Assembly (NCBI GenBank): GCA_964530995.1
Contig: CAZHCG010000002.1
Span: 23,558-87,557 of the forward strand
Origin: an uncultured Myxococcales bacterium
Lineage (GTDB): Bacteria > Myxococcota_A > Polyangia > JAAYKL01
Length of the DNA stretch: 64,000 bases
Direction: 5' to 3'
Below the pieces are notes generated by a model. That model had not been told where the DNA came from and did not search any database. It saw only the letters and a list, made by a program, of their open reading frames with translations. Of the stretch, positions 9,864-18,717 are shown piece after piece. The first letter of the stretch is position 1. The number at the start of each line of letters is the position of its first letter. The position numbers and the translations under genes are program-made.

Positions 9864-10983
9864 GCGGGCCCCCTGACTCGTCTGCGGCGCGCTCGAAAGA
9901 GGACGAGCCGGCGGCCTGCTCGACCAGCAGCCGCTTGGTCCGGCTCTTGGTGCGCTTGATCATCTCCCGCTTGTACTCGTAGGGGATGAACGCCGACTTG
10001 ACACCCGCCATCACCAGGTCCAGCACGTCGGCCGGGTAGAGATCGTAATCGCGGTAGGCGCGATGGAACTCGTCGGTCATCGTGGTATCGGTGATCAGCC
10101 GGTTGTCGGTGTTGATCGTCACGCGCAGCCCCATGTCCATGTAGAAACGGAACGGATGGGTGGAGAAATCCTCGACCGCGCCGGTCTGCACGTTGCTCGA
10201 GATGCAGATCTCGAGCGGAATGCGGTGGTCGTTGACGTAGTTGAGCAGGTCGCCGTCCTCGCGCAGGCGCGTGCCGTGTCCGACCCGGTGCGCTCCGCAG
10301 TAATGCAGCGCCTGGTGGATGCTGTCCGGGCCGTACGCCTCGCCGGCGTGGATGGTGACGTTGACGTTGTTGGAGAGAATCAAATTGAAGGCCTCGAGAT
10401 GATCCTTGGCAGGGTAGTTGTGCTCGCTGCCGGCCAGGTCGAAGCCTACCACGCCGCGGTTCTTGAACGCCACCGCCAGCTCGGCGAGCCGCAGGCTGAC
10501 GTCGGGGGAGATGTTGCGAATCCCGCTGACGATCACGCCGCTACGGATGCCGTGGTCGGTCTCGGCGTCGCGCAGGCCGGACAGCACGGACTCCAGGATC
10601 GCCGCGGTGGACAGCTTGCGACGCGTGTGCAAGATGGGCGAGTAGCGCACCTCCATGTACTCGATGTTCTCGGCCGCCGCGTCCTCGGCCAGCTCGTAGG
10701 CGGCGCGGTACAGCGCGTGGTCGGTCTGCAGCACCTTGAGCGTGGTCTCGAAGACCTGCAAGTACTCGTGGAGCGAGCCGTGGCGCGCCCCGGGTCGCAG
10801 CAACTCGACGAGGCTCTCCTCGTCCTCGGCGCCGAGCGAGATTTGATCCTGCTCGGCCAGCTCCAGCATCGTCCGCGGCCGCAGCGATCCGTCGAGATGC
10901 ACGTGCAGATCGACCTTGGGCAGCTTCTCGAAAAAAGCCCTGTCGAGCGCTATGGGTCGCTGTGCGATGTCGTCGAAATCCAT
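9856..10983 (-). CDS. add: Adenosine deaminase
   Basis: Metal-dependent hydrolase motifs VDLHVHLDGS and HAGE plus the C-terminal TINTDN motif. Start taken at the internal Met MDFDD; the ORF-track N-terminal extension is Arg/Gly junk. Overlaps the GAF gene by 8 nt. Confidence 0.8.
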   Translation of the reverse strand: MDFDDIAQRPIALDRAFFEKLPKVDLHVHLDGSLRPRTMLELAEQDQISLGAEDEESLVELLRPGARHGSLHEYLQVFETTLKVLQTDHALYRAAYELAEDAAAENIEYMEVRYSPILHTRRKLSTAAILESVLSGLRDAETDHGIRSGVIVSGIRNISPDVSLRLAELAVAFKNRGVVGFDLAGSEHNYPAKDHLEAFNLILSNNVNVTIHAGEAYGPDSIHQALHYCGAHRVGHGTRLREDGDLLNYVNDHRIPLEICISSNVQTGAVEDFSTHPFRFYMDMGLRVTINTDNRLITDTTMTDEFHRAYRDYDLYPADVLDLVMAGVKSAFIPYEYKREMIKRTKSRTKRLLVEQAAGSSSFERAADESGGPHA

Positions 10984-10997
10984 CCGGCCTCTTCGTC

Positions 10998-12236
10998 CTA
11001 CTCGGCGAGCGCCACCCGCGCGATCACCTGCGCATCGCCGAGGATGTTGCTCAGGCTCGCGTTCTCGTTGGGGGTGTGCATCGTCTCCTCCATCCGCGAC
11101 CAGACCACGCACGGCAGCCCCTTGCGCCTCAAGAAGGCGGCCACGGTTCCGCCGCCGATCCCGATCGGCCCGGCCTCCACACCGTAGACCTCCTCGATCG
11201 CGGACTTGAGCAGGCCGACCACCGGCGCGTCGACCGGGGTGGGCGGAGCCGCCTCCTCGCGCTGGGTGAAGGTGATCTCTCCTTCGACGCCGAAGTCCTC
11301 CTCCACGCTTGCCAGGATTCTGCCCATCTCGGCCTCCACGTTCTCCAGCGGGTAGCGCGGCAGCACGCGGCAGTCCAGGTGGAAGACGTCCTCGCCGGGC
11401 ATGATGTTGACCGCGCCGACGTTGGCCTCCTTCTTGGTCGGAGTGAACGTGCTTCGCGGCGGATCGAAGACGCCGTCACTGTCGCCGAACACCTCGGCCA
11501 GCTTCTCCAGCCGCACCACCAGGTGGGCCCCGGCGCGCATCGCGTTGGTTCCCTTTTCCGGCATCGAGGCGTGGCAGCTCTTGCCCACCAGGCGGAAGCG
11601 GGCCCACATGATCGCCTTTTCGGCGACCTCGATCTCGCTGCCGTCCGCCGCGCCTCCGTCCGGAACGATGATGATGTCGTCCTTTCCGAACGGATTGCGC
11701 TGCTCGAGCACGTAGCCGATCCCGAGCTTGGATCCGCACTCCTCGTCGGCGACGAACAGGATCGCGTAGTCGTGGGGAAGCTCGGCCTCGCACTCCTTGA
11801 TCGCCTTGGCGACCATCAAGGAGGCGACCAGCCCCTGGTGGTTGTCCTCCACCCCGCGCCCGTAGAGCGTGTCGCCGTCGACCTCGAGCTTCCACGGATC
11901 GGTCTTCCAATCGCCGCGGTCTCCGGGCGGCACCACGTCGGTGTGGACCATCACCCAGGTGGTCTTTCCGCTCGAGCGGCCCGGAATCCTGGCGATCAGG
12001 CTCGGCCTGACCCCCTCGGGTACCCGATCGTCCGGCGCCTCGATCCGCTCCAGGTCGTCGATGCCGAGCTCGCGGAGGTACTTCTCCAAAAAGGCCACCT
12101 TGCGCGACTCGCCGGCCTGCTCTGGGGGCGGATCGTACTCGGGGCTCAGCGCCGGGATCGCCACCAGCTCGCGCTCCAGCTCGACGACTGCGTCGCGGTA
12201 GGACGCGATTCTTTCGACCATTTTCGAGATATCCAT
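10998..12236 (-). CDS. M20-family metallopeptidase (ArgE/DapE-like)
   Basis: HTDVVPP, GRGVEDNHQG and EEcGS motifs typical of M20 dinuclear zinc peptidases. Start chosen at the internal Met MDISKMVERIASY. Confidence 0.75.
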   Translation of the reverse strand: MDISKMVERIASYRDAVVELERELVAIPALSPEYDPPPEQAGESRKVAFLEKYLRELGIDDLERIEAPDDRVPEGVRPSLIARIPGRSSGKTTWVMVHTDVVPPGDRGDWKTDPWKLEVDGDTLYGRGVEDNHQGLVASLMVAKAIKECEAELPHDYAILFVADEECGSKLGIGYVLEQRNPFGKDDIIIVPDGGAADGSEIEVAEKAIMWARFRLVGKSCHASMPEKGTNAMRAGAHLVVRLEKLAEVFGDSDGVFDPPRSTFTPTKKEANVGAVNIMPGEDVFHLDCRVLPRYPLENVEAEMGRILASVEEDFGVEGEITFTQREEAAPPTPVDAPVVGLLKSAIEEVYGVEAGPIGIGGGTVAAFLRRKGLPCVVWSRMEETMHTPNENASLSNILGDAQVIARVALAE

Positions 12237-12348
12237 TCCTCTCGACCTCCTCGGGATATCCCCCCGGGACAATGGACTGATACTAGTGCCGCCCGCCGCG
12301 ACGGTCAAATCCACCAGGAGACGGACGGGCCGGGAATCGAACAGCGGC

Positions 12349-12377
12349 TTGACAGGAGCGCCGCTCGAGTGGATAAA
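12349..12377 (+). promoter_or_regulatory. Putative sigma70-type promoter for tRNA-Leu (TTGACA - 17 nt - GATAAA)
   Basis: A perfect -35 hexamer 17 nt from an A/T-rich -10, about 16 nt upstream of the tRNA 5' end. Confidence 0.35.
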
Positions 12378-12393
12378 CGCTGACTCGACGCCG

Positions 12394-12481
12394 GCGCGGA
12401 TGGCGGAATTTGGTAGACGCGCTAGGTTGAGGGCCTAGTGAGGGTTTCCCTCATGGGGGTTCGAGTCCCCCTCCGCGCACC
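12394..12481 (+). tRNA. tRNA-Leu (anticodon GAG)
   Basis: Manual fold: acceptor stem GCGCGGA/TCCGCGC, D-arm GCGGAATTTGGTAGACGC, anticodon stem CTAGG/CCTAG with loop TTGAGGG. A long variable arm (GAGGGTTTCCCTCAT), T-arm GGGGGTTCGAGTCCCCC, discriminator A, and no encoded CCA. Near-identical architecture to E. coli tRNA-Leu. Confidence 0.85.
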
Positions 12482-12731
12482 GGGAAAAGCCGCTGTTTCC
12501 TTTATCCGTTCAAAAAAAACGGTAGACGACACCCTGTTTCGGCGTCAGCGCGCACCGGCGGTACCACCCAAAGATGGCAGGATTATTGCTAGCTCGTATT
12601 GGAGATGGGGTTGGAACGACCCAGGGAGAATGCCGCAAGACGTGTTGACATAGTTGAACAAAGCCGCTTGAATGCATCTCACCGTTCTCCCCGTGGCGGT
12701 GACGTCCCCATGAAAGGAGAATGGGGACGCC

Positions 12732-14006
12732 TTGCTGAAAGGAACGCGTACCGTGCAAAAACGCCTGGTTATCATTCTGTGGACGACAGCTCTGTTGACA
12801 TCGACCGGTCTCGCCGCGGCCCAGGAGGGCGACGAGGAGGAACCGGAGGCCCCGGCGCTGGATGATCCCTACGCCACGGCCGAGGAGGAGCAGCCCGCCG
12901 CAGACGAGGAAGAGCCCGCCGCCGAGGAGGAGCAGCCCGCCGCAGGGGAGGGTGAAGAGGAAGAGGGAGAAGAGGAAGACGGCGAAAAGCCGTTCCGCCG
13001 CACGTTCGCCGGCACCTCTCTGAGCTGGGACAACTCCTTCACGGCCCGCTCGCTCGACAAGAACTACCAGTACTCATACAATCCAAACTACTCGATGGGA
13101 TTCGGCCTCGCTCCGGTGTGGAACATCTCCGACGAGGTCAGCCTGTCCACGTCGATCGGGTTCGACACCGAGCTGACCAACAGCGATTTTTCCAACAAGA
13201 AACGCGAGACGTTCTTCCGCGATATTCCGATCAACCTGGGCTACACGCACAGCTTCGACGTAAATGACGACGTCAAGTTCCGCACCGGGCTCGACGGCGG
13301 AGCGGTGCTGCCCACCTCGCGGATGTCACGCTACACCACGATGTACACCTCGCTCAAGCTGGGCACCCAGGCCACCTTCTCGTTCCCCAACGTTCTCGAA
13401 GGGCTTTCCCTGGGCTGGAGGCCGGGATTCACCAAGTACTTCCACGAGTCGGTGACTCCCAGGCCGGACGCCAACCCGCTGGACGAGACCCCGATTCCGG
13501 ACACCGAGCGAGCCACCTCGACGCGCTACCAGGCGCTGGCCTACGACGCCTACGCGATCAATCCCACGTTCAGCGTCGCCAACACGCTGAGCCTCAGCCT
13601 CGGTCTGGTCTCCACCTTGTCGTTCGCCTTTTCCTACACTCACAATTACATCTACAAGTACAAGCCGAGCGACATCGGCGGCTCGGACGACGGGATCTGC
13701 ACGGATCCGCAGGGCTGCGACGATCCGCGCGACACGGACCACAACGAGCGCGGGATCTACAGCCAGAGCTTCTCCTACATGCTGAGCTACGGTCTGCCCG
13801 AGCCGGTGCAGATGATCAGCCTCAACCTCGGCGCGATCACGGCATCCAACCAGCTCGCGCCCAGCGGCGAGTACCGCAAGCCGTTCTTCAACCGCGAGAC
13901 GGTGATCACCTTCGGTCTAAGCCTGGACATCGACGGCGCGATCCGCGCAGCCCAGGGCAAAGACGAAGAAGATGGACAGGAGGAGGAGGAGGGCGAGGAA
14001 GAGTAG
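12732..14006 (+). CDS. Outer-membrane beta-barrel protein with polyacidic N- and C-terminal segments
   Basis: Signal peptide (likely a GTG start near 12753, QKRLVIILWTTALLTSTGLAAA), a ~70-aa E/D/P-rich segment, then alternating beta-strands rich in Y/N/S/T/G. The C-terminus is DEEDGQEEEEGEEE. Confidence 0.6.
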   Translation: MLKGTRTVQKRLVIILWTTALLTSTGLAAAQEGDEEEPEAPALDDPYATAEEEQPAADEEEPAAEEEQPAAGEGEEEEGEEEDGEKPFRRTFAGTSLSWDNSFTARSLDKNYQYSYNPNYSMGFGLAPVWNISDEVSLSTSIGFDTELTNSDFSNKKRETFFRDIPINLGYTHSFDVNDDVKFRTGLDGGAVLPTSRMSRYTTMYTSLKLGTQATFSFPNVLEGLSLGWRPGFTKYFHESVTPRPDANPLDETPIPDTERATSTRYQALAYDAYAINPTFSVANTLSLSLGLVSTLSFAFSYTHNYIYKYKPSDIGGSDDGICTDPQGCDDPRDTDHNERGIYSQSFSYMLSYGLPEPVQMISLNLGAITASNQLAPSGEYRKPFFNRETVITFGLSLDIDGAIRAAQGKDEEDGQEEEEGEEE

Positions 14007-14030
14007 GCCCCCGCTCGCCCGCCGTCCCCG

Positions 14031-14837
14031 ATGCCTCCCGACGAATCGCAGCAGAAAAAAGGCGCCTCCATCTTCCGCTGGCTGACGGTCGGCGCCGCCG
14101 GCTTCGGCGGCTGGGCCGTGGCCAACCTGCTGCTGCTCGCGGCCCTGCCCCTGTTGGCGCTGGTCGCGCTGATCGGCCGCCGTCGCGGAGCGGTCGCCTT
14201 GCGCCGCTTCGGCTCGTGGTTTCTGCGCTCGTTCTTCGTCCGTTACCTCAGCGCGGTGCGCCTGCTGGGCTTCGCCGAGCTGCCGGATCCGGCGTCGACC
14301 CGCGGGCCGCCCCGTCTATACGTGGCCAACCACCGCTCCTGGATCGACGCGCTGCTGGCGCTGGCGCTGTTTCCCGGCGTGCGCGTGCCGGTCAGCGCCG
14401 GCTACCTGCGGGTGCCGCTGTTGGGAATCCTGATTCGCTGGAGCGGATCGATCCCGGTCGACACGGCGAGCGCGGCCTCGGCGCTGGAGGGAATCGGCCG
14501 CGCCAGGCGAGCGCTGGAGGCGGGCGACTCCCTGTTCGCCTTTCCCGAGGGACGGCGCGCCGCCGGACGGCGCCCGCTGCCCTTCTCGGACGTCTTTTTC
14601 CGCGTGGCGATCGATGCCGGAGTCCCGATCGTGCCGGTGGTGCTGCACTCCGACGAGCCGTACCTCGCGCCCGGGCCCGGCAGCTGGTTGCCGAGGCGCC
14701 GCGCCACGTGGAGAATCCGGGTCCTGGAGGAGTCGACCCCGGACCCGCGGGACAGGCCCGCGGACCTCGGCCGTCGCGCGCGCAAGCTGCTGGCGGAGCA
14801 GCTGGCCGAGCTGGATCCGCCGGAAAGGACGAGATGA
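14031..14837 (+). CDS. plsC: 1-acyl-sn-glycerol-3-phosphate acyltransferase (PlsC family)
   Basis: HxxxxD acyltransferase motif (NHRSWID), FPEGRR motif and an N-terminal TM segment. Its stop overlaps the fabZ start (ATGA). Confidence 0.8.
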   Translation: MPPDESQQKKGASIFRWLTVGAAGFGGWAVANLLLLAALPLLALVALIGRRRGAVALRRFGSWFLRSFFVRYLSAVRLLGFAELPDPASTRGPPRLYVANHRSWIDALLALALFPGVRVPVSAGYLRVPLLGILIRWSGSIPVDTASAASALEGIGRARRALEAGDSLFAFPEGRRAAGRRPLPFSDVFFRVAIDAGVPIVPVVLHSDEPYLAPGPGSWLPRRRATWRIRVLEESTPDPRDRPADLGRRARKLLAEQLAELDPPERTR

Positions 14838-15286
14838 AAGAGTTGCAAGTCGGACGTGAAAGAATCGAGGAGCTGCTGCCTCACCGCGAGCCGTTCCTGT
14901 TCGTCGACCGCGTGCTCCGGCTGGAGGTCGACCGCAAGATCCTGGCCGAGCGCGAGCTGCGCGCCAACGAGCCGCAGTTCTCCGGGCACTTTCCGGGGCG
15001 TCCGATCATGCCGGGCGTGCTGGTCACCGAGGCGCTGGCGCAGACAGCGGGGCTGTTGATCGCGCTGTCCGCCGAGCAGCGAAAGGAGCGTCCCCAGGGG
15101 CGCATCTTCTACCTGGCCCGCGCCGACATGAAGTGGACCGCGCCGGTCGAGCCCGGCGATACGCTGAAGCTGGAGGCGAGCCTGCACAGAGCCTTCGGAG
15201 CGTTGATCGCCTTTCGCGTGCGCGCCTGCACTCGACGCGTCGACGTGGCCAGCGGCTCGCTGACGCTGGCGCGCGTCGAACAGTGA
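14834..15286 (+). CDS. fabZ: 3-hydroxyacyl-ACP dehydratase FabZ
   Basis: 150 aa hotdog fold with the HFPGRPIMPGVL catalytic motif. Start verified at the ATG overlapping the plsC stop. Confidence 0.85.
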   Translation: MKELQVGRERIEELLPHREPFLFVDRVLRLEVDRKILAERELRANEPQFSGHFPGRPIMPGVLVTEALAQTAGLLIALSAEQRKERPQGRIFYLARADMKWTAPVEPGDTLKLEASLHRAFGALIAFRVRACTRRVDVASGSLTLARVEQ

Positions 15287-15297
15287 GATCGAAGTCG

Positions 15298-15831
15298 ATG
15301 GCCGACGAAGAACACCGTGAGAACCGGCGCCGCTGGTACGCGGTGCACGTCAAGTCCAACCAGGAGCGCACCACCTCCCGCTTCCTGGAGGGACGCGCGG
15401 TCGAGGTCTTCCTGCCCACTTATCGCACAGTCTCCAGCCGCCGCGATCGGCGCGTGGAGCTGGTCCGCCCGCTGTTCACCGGCTACCTGTTCGCGCGCGT
15501 CGATCCGCGATCGCCGGAGCGGATCGAGATCCTGAGGGCCCCGGGCACGGTGCGGATCGTCGGTTTCGGAGAGACGCCCACCCCGGTCGACGACGATGTG
15601 GTGGAGAGCCTGATGATCCTGGTGGGATGCGGGGAGGACGAAGTGCGCCCGCATCCGCTGGTGCGGGCCGGTCAGCGCGTGCGTGTCGCTGACGGACCGT
15701 TCGCCGGCGCCTCGGGAGTGCTCTCCGTCGTCGAGGGACGCCGGCCGCGGCTGGTGGTCGAGGTCTCCTTTCTCGGAAGGGCCGTGGCGGTTCCGGTCTC
15801 TCCGGAGCAGGTCCGGCCGCTGCTGCCCTGA
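15298..15831 (+). CDS. NusG-family transcription antiterminator paralog (NGN plus KOW domains)
   Basis: 177 aa. NGN domain (WYAVHVKSNQE...FLPTYR...RPLFTGYLFARVD) and KOW motif (GQRVRVADGPFAGASGVLSVVEG). It does not sit in a secE-nusG-rplK context, so it is a specialised paralog. Confidence 0.75.
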   Translation: MADEEHRENRRRWYAVHVKSNQERTTSRFLEGRAVEVFLPTYRTVSSRRDRRVELVRPLFTGYLFARVDPRSPERIEILRAPGTVRIVGFGETPTPVDDDVVESLMILVGCGEDEVRPHPLVRAGQRVRVADGPFAGASGVLSVVEGRRPRLVVEVSFLGRAVAVPVSPEQVRPLLP

Positions 15832-15832
15832 G

Positions 15833-16027
15833 CTATTCGCCCAGCCCCAGCGCCTCGGCCAGCTGCCGGGCGTCCACGGTCTTGGGAATCACGGCGTCTA
15901 TCCCGGCCGAGCGCTCCAGCTCGTCCATGCTGGCACCGGTGAGAATCACCGCAGCGGTAATCGAAGGGTAGCGCTCGCGCCAATCGGCGGCGACGTCCAT
16001 CCCTTCGGGCTGATGCGGTCCGACCCC
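15833..16027 (-). pseudogene. Truncated response-regulator receiver domain (C-terminal ~64 codons only)
   Basis: Minus-strand frame GVGPHQPEGMDVAADWRERYPSITAAVILTGASMDELERSAGIDAVIPKTVDARQLAEALGLGE. This matches receiver alpha3-beta5 (MDG, ILTGA, PK), but the phospho-acceptor Asp region is absent. The frame is closed by a TAA inside an abrupt AT-rich junction at 16027-16066. Confidence 0.55.
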
Positions 16028-16186
16028 TTATAATGCTCATACCATTTACCATAAAGTCAACGAACGGCGGCGAATCGCCCCGGATCGCCGTTTCGCCGCT
16101 CTCGCCGCCGTTTCGCCACTCGACCGGAACGCGGGCAGCCCGCGCGCCTGCTGCCTTTCGACTCTCGACAGCTTGCGGCACGGTGC

Positions 16187-18676
16187 TTGCTTTTCGGCTC
16201 CGGCATGTCCCCTTTGCCCGCAATTGCTGTTTCCTTCGCCGCCGGTGTCGGCCTGGGCCTGCTGGCTCCAACCGCGGTACAGGGAGCGATCGCCGCGGCG
16301 GCGATCGGCGCGGTCGGATTCTCGCTGGCCAGACGAGCCGGGACGGGCCTGTTGCCGGTGGCGGCCGCGGTCGCGCTGGCGCTGGGCTGGCTGCGCGCGC
16401 CGACGCCCGAGGATCGGCCTCGCGCGCCGGAGCCGCGGGGGCCGTGCGAGCGCGTGCTGCGAGGTACCCTGGCGCGTCCCGTGCTGACGGTCGAGGGCCG
16501 CCACCGGCTCGCGATCGACCTCGACGCCTGCACGGGTTGTCTCGGCGAGCCGCGCGTCTCGGGATGGCGCCGCTGCGGCGGACGGCTCTACGTCACTGCG
16601 CTGGAAGGCCCGAGGCCTCGACTGCGGCAGGGCGACCTGGTGCGCCTGCGGAGCACTGCGCGGCCGTGGCGACGACCGGCCAATCCGCCCGGCGGAAAAC
16701 AGGCCGAAGAGCATCTCTACCTTTCGGCCGTCGTCCCCCACGCCGGGGCGATCGCGCTGGAGGAGACGCGCTCCAGATTCGCGACCCGGCGCGTCGACGA
16801 GCTCCGAGCCGGGTTGGCAGAGTTCTGGAGCGACGCTCTCGAGGAGGCTCCCTCGCGCCTGGCGCGCGCTCTGGGCCTGGGCCAGTCCGCCGCGCTCTCC
16901 AGCGAGCAGCGCGAGGCGTTCCGGCGGACCGGCACCGCCCACCTGCTGGCGATCAGCGGCCTGCACCTGGGACTGGTCGTGCTGGCGGTCTTCTGGCTGC
17001 TGCGCCTCGCGCTGCTGCGCGTGCCTCCGCTGGCCAGGCGCCTGGATCCGGCCCGGATCGCCGCGGCGGCGACGATTCCGGTCGCGGTCGCCTTCACCCT
17101 GCTGACCGGTGCCCGCACACCGACGATCAGGGCCTGCGCGATGGCTGTTTTCCTGCTCTCCGGGCGAGCTCTCGCTCAGCGGGGACGCGCGCTGGAATCG
17201 CTCTCGCTGGCCGGCGCTGCGCTGCTGGCCGCTGATCCGACCTCGCTCGTCGAGCCGGGCTTCCAGCTCAGCTTCGCGGCGGTGATCGCCTTTCTGCTGG
17301 TGCTGCGTCCCGTCGCCCGGACCGGGGATGATCTCGCGACCCTGCCCGGCGGAAACGACGCCGAGCAGGGAAGGCTGCGATCCGGGCTGCGGGCCGCGGC
17401 CGGCTGGTTTGCTCGACTGCTGCGCTCCACCCTCGCCGCCTCGGCAGCAACCGTTCCGCTGGTGCTGCTGCACTTCGATCGCGCCTCTGTGGTCGGCGTG
17501 CCGGCCAACCTGCTGGCCGTCCCGGCGGTCAGCCTGCTGGTGCTGCCCGCGGTGCTGGTCACCGAGCTCGCCGCGATCTTCTCTCCGGCGGCCGCCTCGA
17601 TCGCGGCGCGGGCGGTGGAGCCGCTGCTGGCCGTTCTCGAGGGATCGCTGCGCTCCCTGGCCGAGCTGCCGTGCGTGATCTCCGACCCGTCGCCAACGGT
17701 CGTGGTCGGGGTGTTCGCGCTCGCCGTCGCGGTGCTGCTGCTGCTCGCCGGGCGGCCCAGGCTCGCGGCGATACCGGGCGCCGCCTTCGCGCTGCTGATC
17801 TCGGCGGCGGTCGCGCTCGACGCTCCGAAGATCCCCCGCGATCGCCTCACCGTCGACTTCCTCGACGTCGGCCAGGGCGACTCCTCGCTGGTCACCTTCC
17901 CGCGCGGCGAGCACTGGCTGATCGACTGCGGCGGAACCGCCGGCCGCGATCCCGGAGGCGACGTGGTGACTCCCGTGCTGGAACGGCTGGGCGTGGAGCG
18001 ACTGGAGACGGTGGTGCTGACCCACCCGGATCTGGATCACGTCGCCGGCCTGCCCGCGATCGCGCGCGGCTTCGAGCTGGGAAGCATCTGGGACAACGGC
18101 CAGGGCGCGGACGAGGGCGCCCACCCGGCCTACGCCGAGCTTCTGGACATCGCCGCGCAAAAGAGCGTCCGGGTTTTTCGCACGCGCGAGATCTGCGGCG
18201 AGCACAGAGTCGGCGCGGCGAGCCTCGAGGTGCTGCACCCCTGCCACGACCGGGTCGGCTACGATCCCACCCTCGAGTTGAACGAAAACTCGATCGTCGT
18301 CCGCATCGACTACGGTCGAACATCGTTCCTGCTGAGCGGAGACCTCGGCGCGGCCGGCGAGCGGATTCTGCTGGCGAACCACGCCCGCCTGCAAGCCGAC
18401 GTGCTCAAGCTGGGGCACCACGGCAGCCGCAGCTCCTCGACCCCGGAGTTTCTCGAGGCGGTCTCGCCGGCGGTGGCGGTCGCCAGCTGCGGCCCCTGGA
18501 ACCGCCACGGGATGCCGCACCGCAGGGTCCGCCTCGCGCTCGCCGAGCGGACCGTCTCTCTGTTCCGCACCGATCGCCAGGGAGCGATCCGCGCCACCAG
18601 CGACGGCGACCGGATCGCAATCAGCGCCACGAGAACGACGGGGGAGGGGCTCGAGCGGAAGTTGACAGGTAGATGA
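16187..18676 (+). CDS. comEC: DNA internalisation-related competence protein ComEC/Rec2
   Basis: 829 aa. Polytopic N-terminal domain, a competence domain and a C-terminal metallo-beta-lactamase domain (LTVDFLDVGQGDSSLV, THPDLDHVAGL, LKLGHHGSRSSS). Confidence 0.85.
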   Translation: MLFGSGMSPLPAIAVSFAAGVGLGLLAPTAVQGAIAAAAIGAVGFSLARRAGTGLLPVAAAVALALGWLRAPTPEDRPRAPEPRGPCERVLRGTLARPVLTVEGRHRLAIDLDACTGCLGEPRVSGWRRCGGRLYVTALEGPRPRLRQGDLVRLRSTARPWRRPANPPGGKQAEEHLYLSAVVPHAGAIALEETRSRFATRRVDELRAGLAEFWSDALEEAPSRLARALGLGQSAALSSEQREAFRRTGTAHLLAISGLHLGLVVLAVFWLLRLALLRVPPLARRLDPARIAAAATIPVAVAFTLLTGARTPTIRACAMAVFLLSGRALAQRGRALESLSLAGAALLAADPTSLVEPGFQLSFAAVIAFLLVLRPVARTGDDLATLPGGNDAEQGRLRSGLRAAAGWFARLLRSTLAASAATVPLVLLHFDRASVVGVPANLLAVPAVSLLVLPAVLVTELAAIFSPAAASIAARAVEPLLAVLEGSLRSLAELPCVISDPSPTVVVGVFALAVAVLLLLAGRPRLAAIPGAAFALLISAAVALDAPKIPRDRLTVDFLDVGQGDSSLVTFPRGEHWLIDCGGTAGRDPGGDVVTPVLERLGVERLETVVLTHPDLDHVAGLPAIARGFELGSIWDNGQGADEGAHPAYAELLDIAAQKSVRVFRTREICGEHRVGAASLEVLHPCHDRVGYDPTLELNENSIVVRIDYGRTSFLLSGDLGAAGERILLANHARLQADVLKLGHHGSRSSSTPEFLEAVSPAVAVASCGPWNRHGMPHRRVRLALAERTVSLFRTDRQGAIRATSDGDRIAISATRTTGEGLERKLTGR

Positions 18677-18703
18677 GCGTGGGTAATACTACTATCAGTA
18701 GTA
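18662..18703 (+). promoter_or_regulatory. Putative mazEF promoter/operator (TTGACA -35, TAATAC -10, 17-bp palindrome TACTACTATCAGTAGTA)
   Basis: An AT-rich patch inside otherwise GC-rich DNA. A perfect -35, a 17-nt spacer, and a perfect inverted repeat overlapping the -10/+1 just upstream of the mazE start. Confidence 0.4.
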
Positions 18704-18717
18704 ATAATGGTATAACA

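Noticed and set aside
12438-12775. Small ORFs 12438..12653 (+), 12510..12758 (-), 12545..12775 (-) near the tRNA
   Set aside because: The first overlaps the tRNA-Leu 3' half. The others lie in the low-GC flank with no conserved features, so this is more likely non-coding regulatory DNA.
16046-18520. ORF 16046..18520 (-) 824 aa antisense to comEC, and nested ORFs 16033..17235, 17671..18672
   Set aside because: The comEC frame carries a complete competence plus metallo-beta-lactamase architecture. The others are high-GC frame noise.
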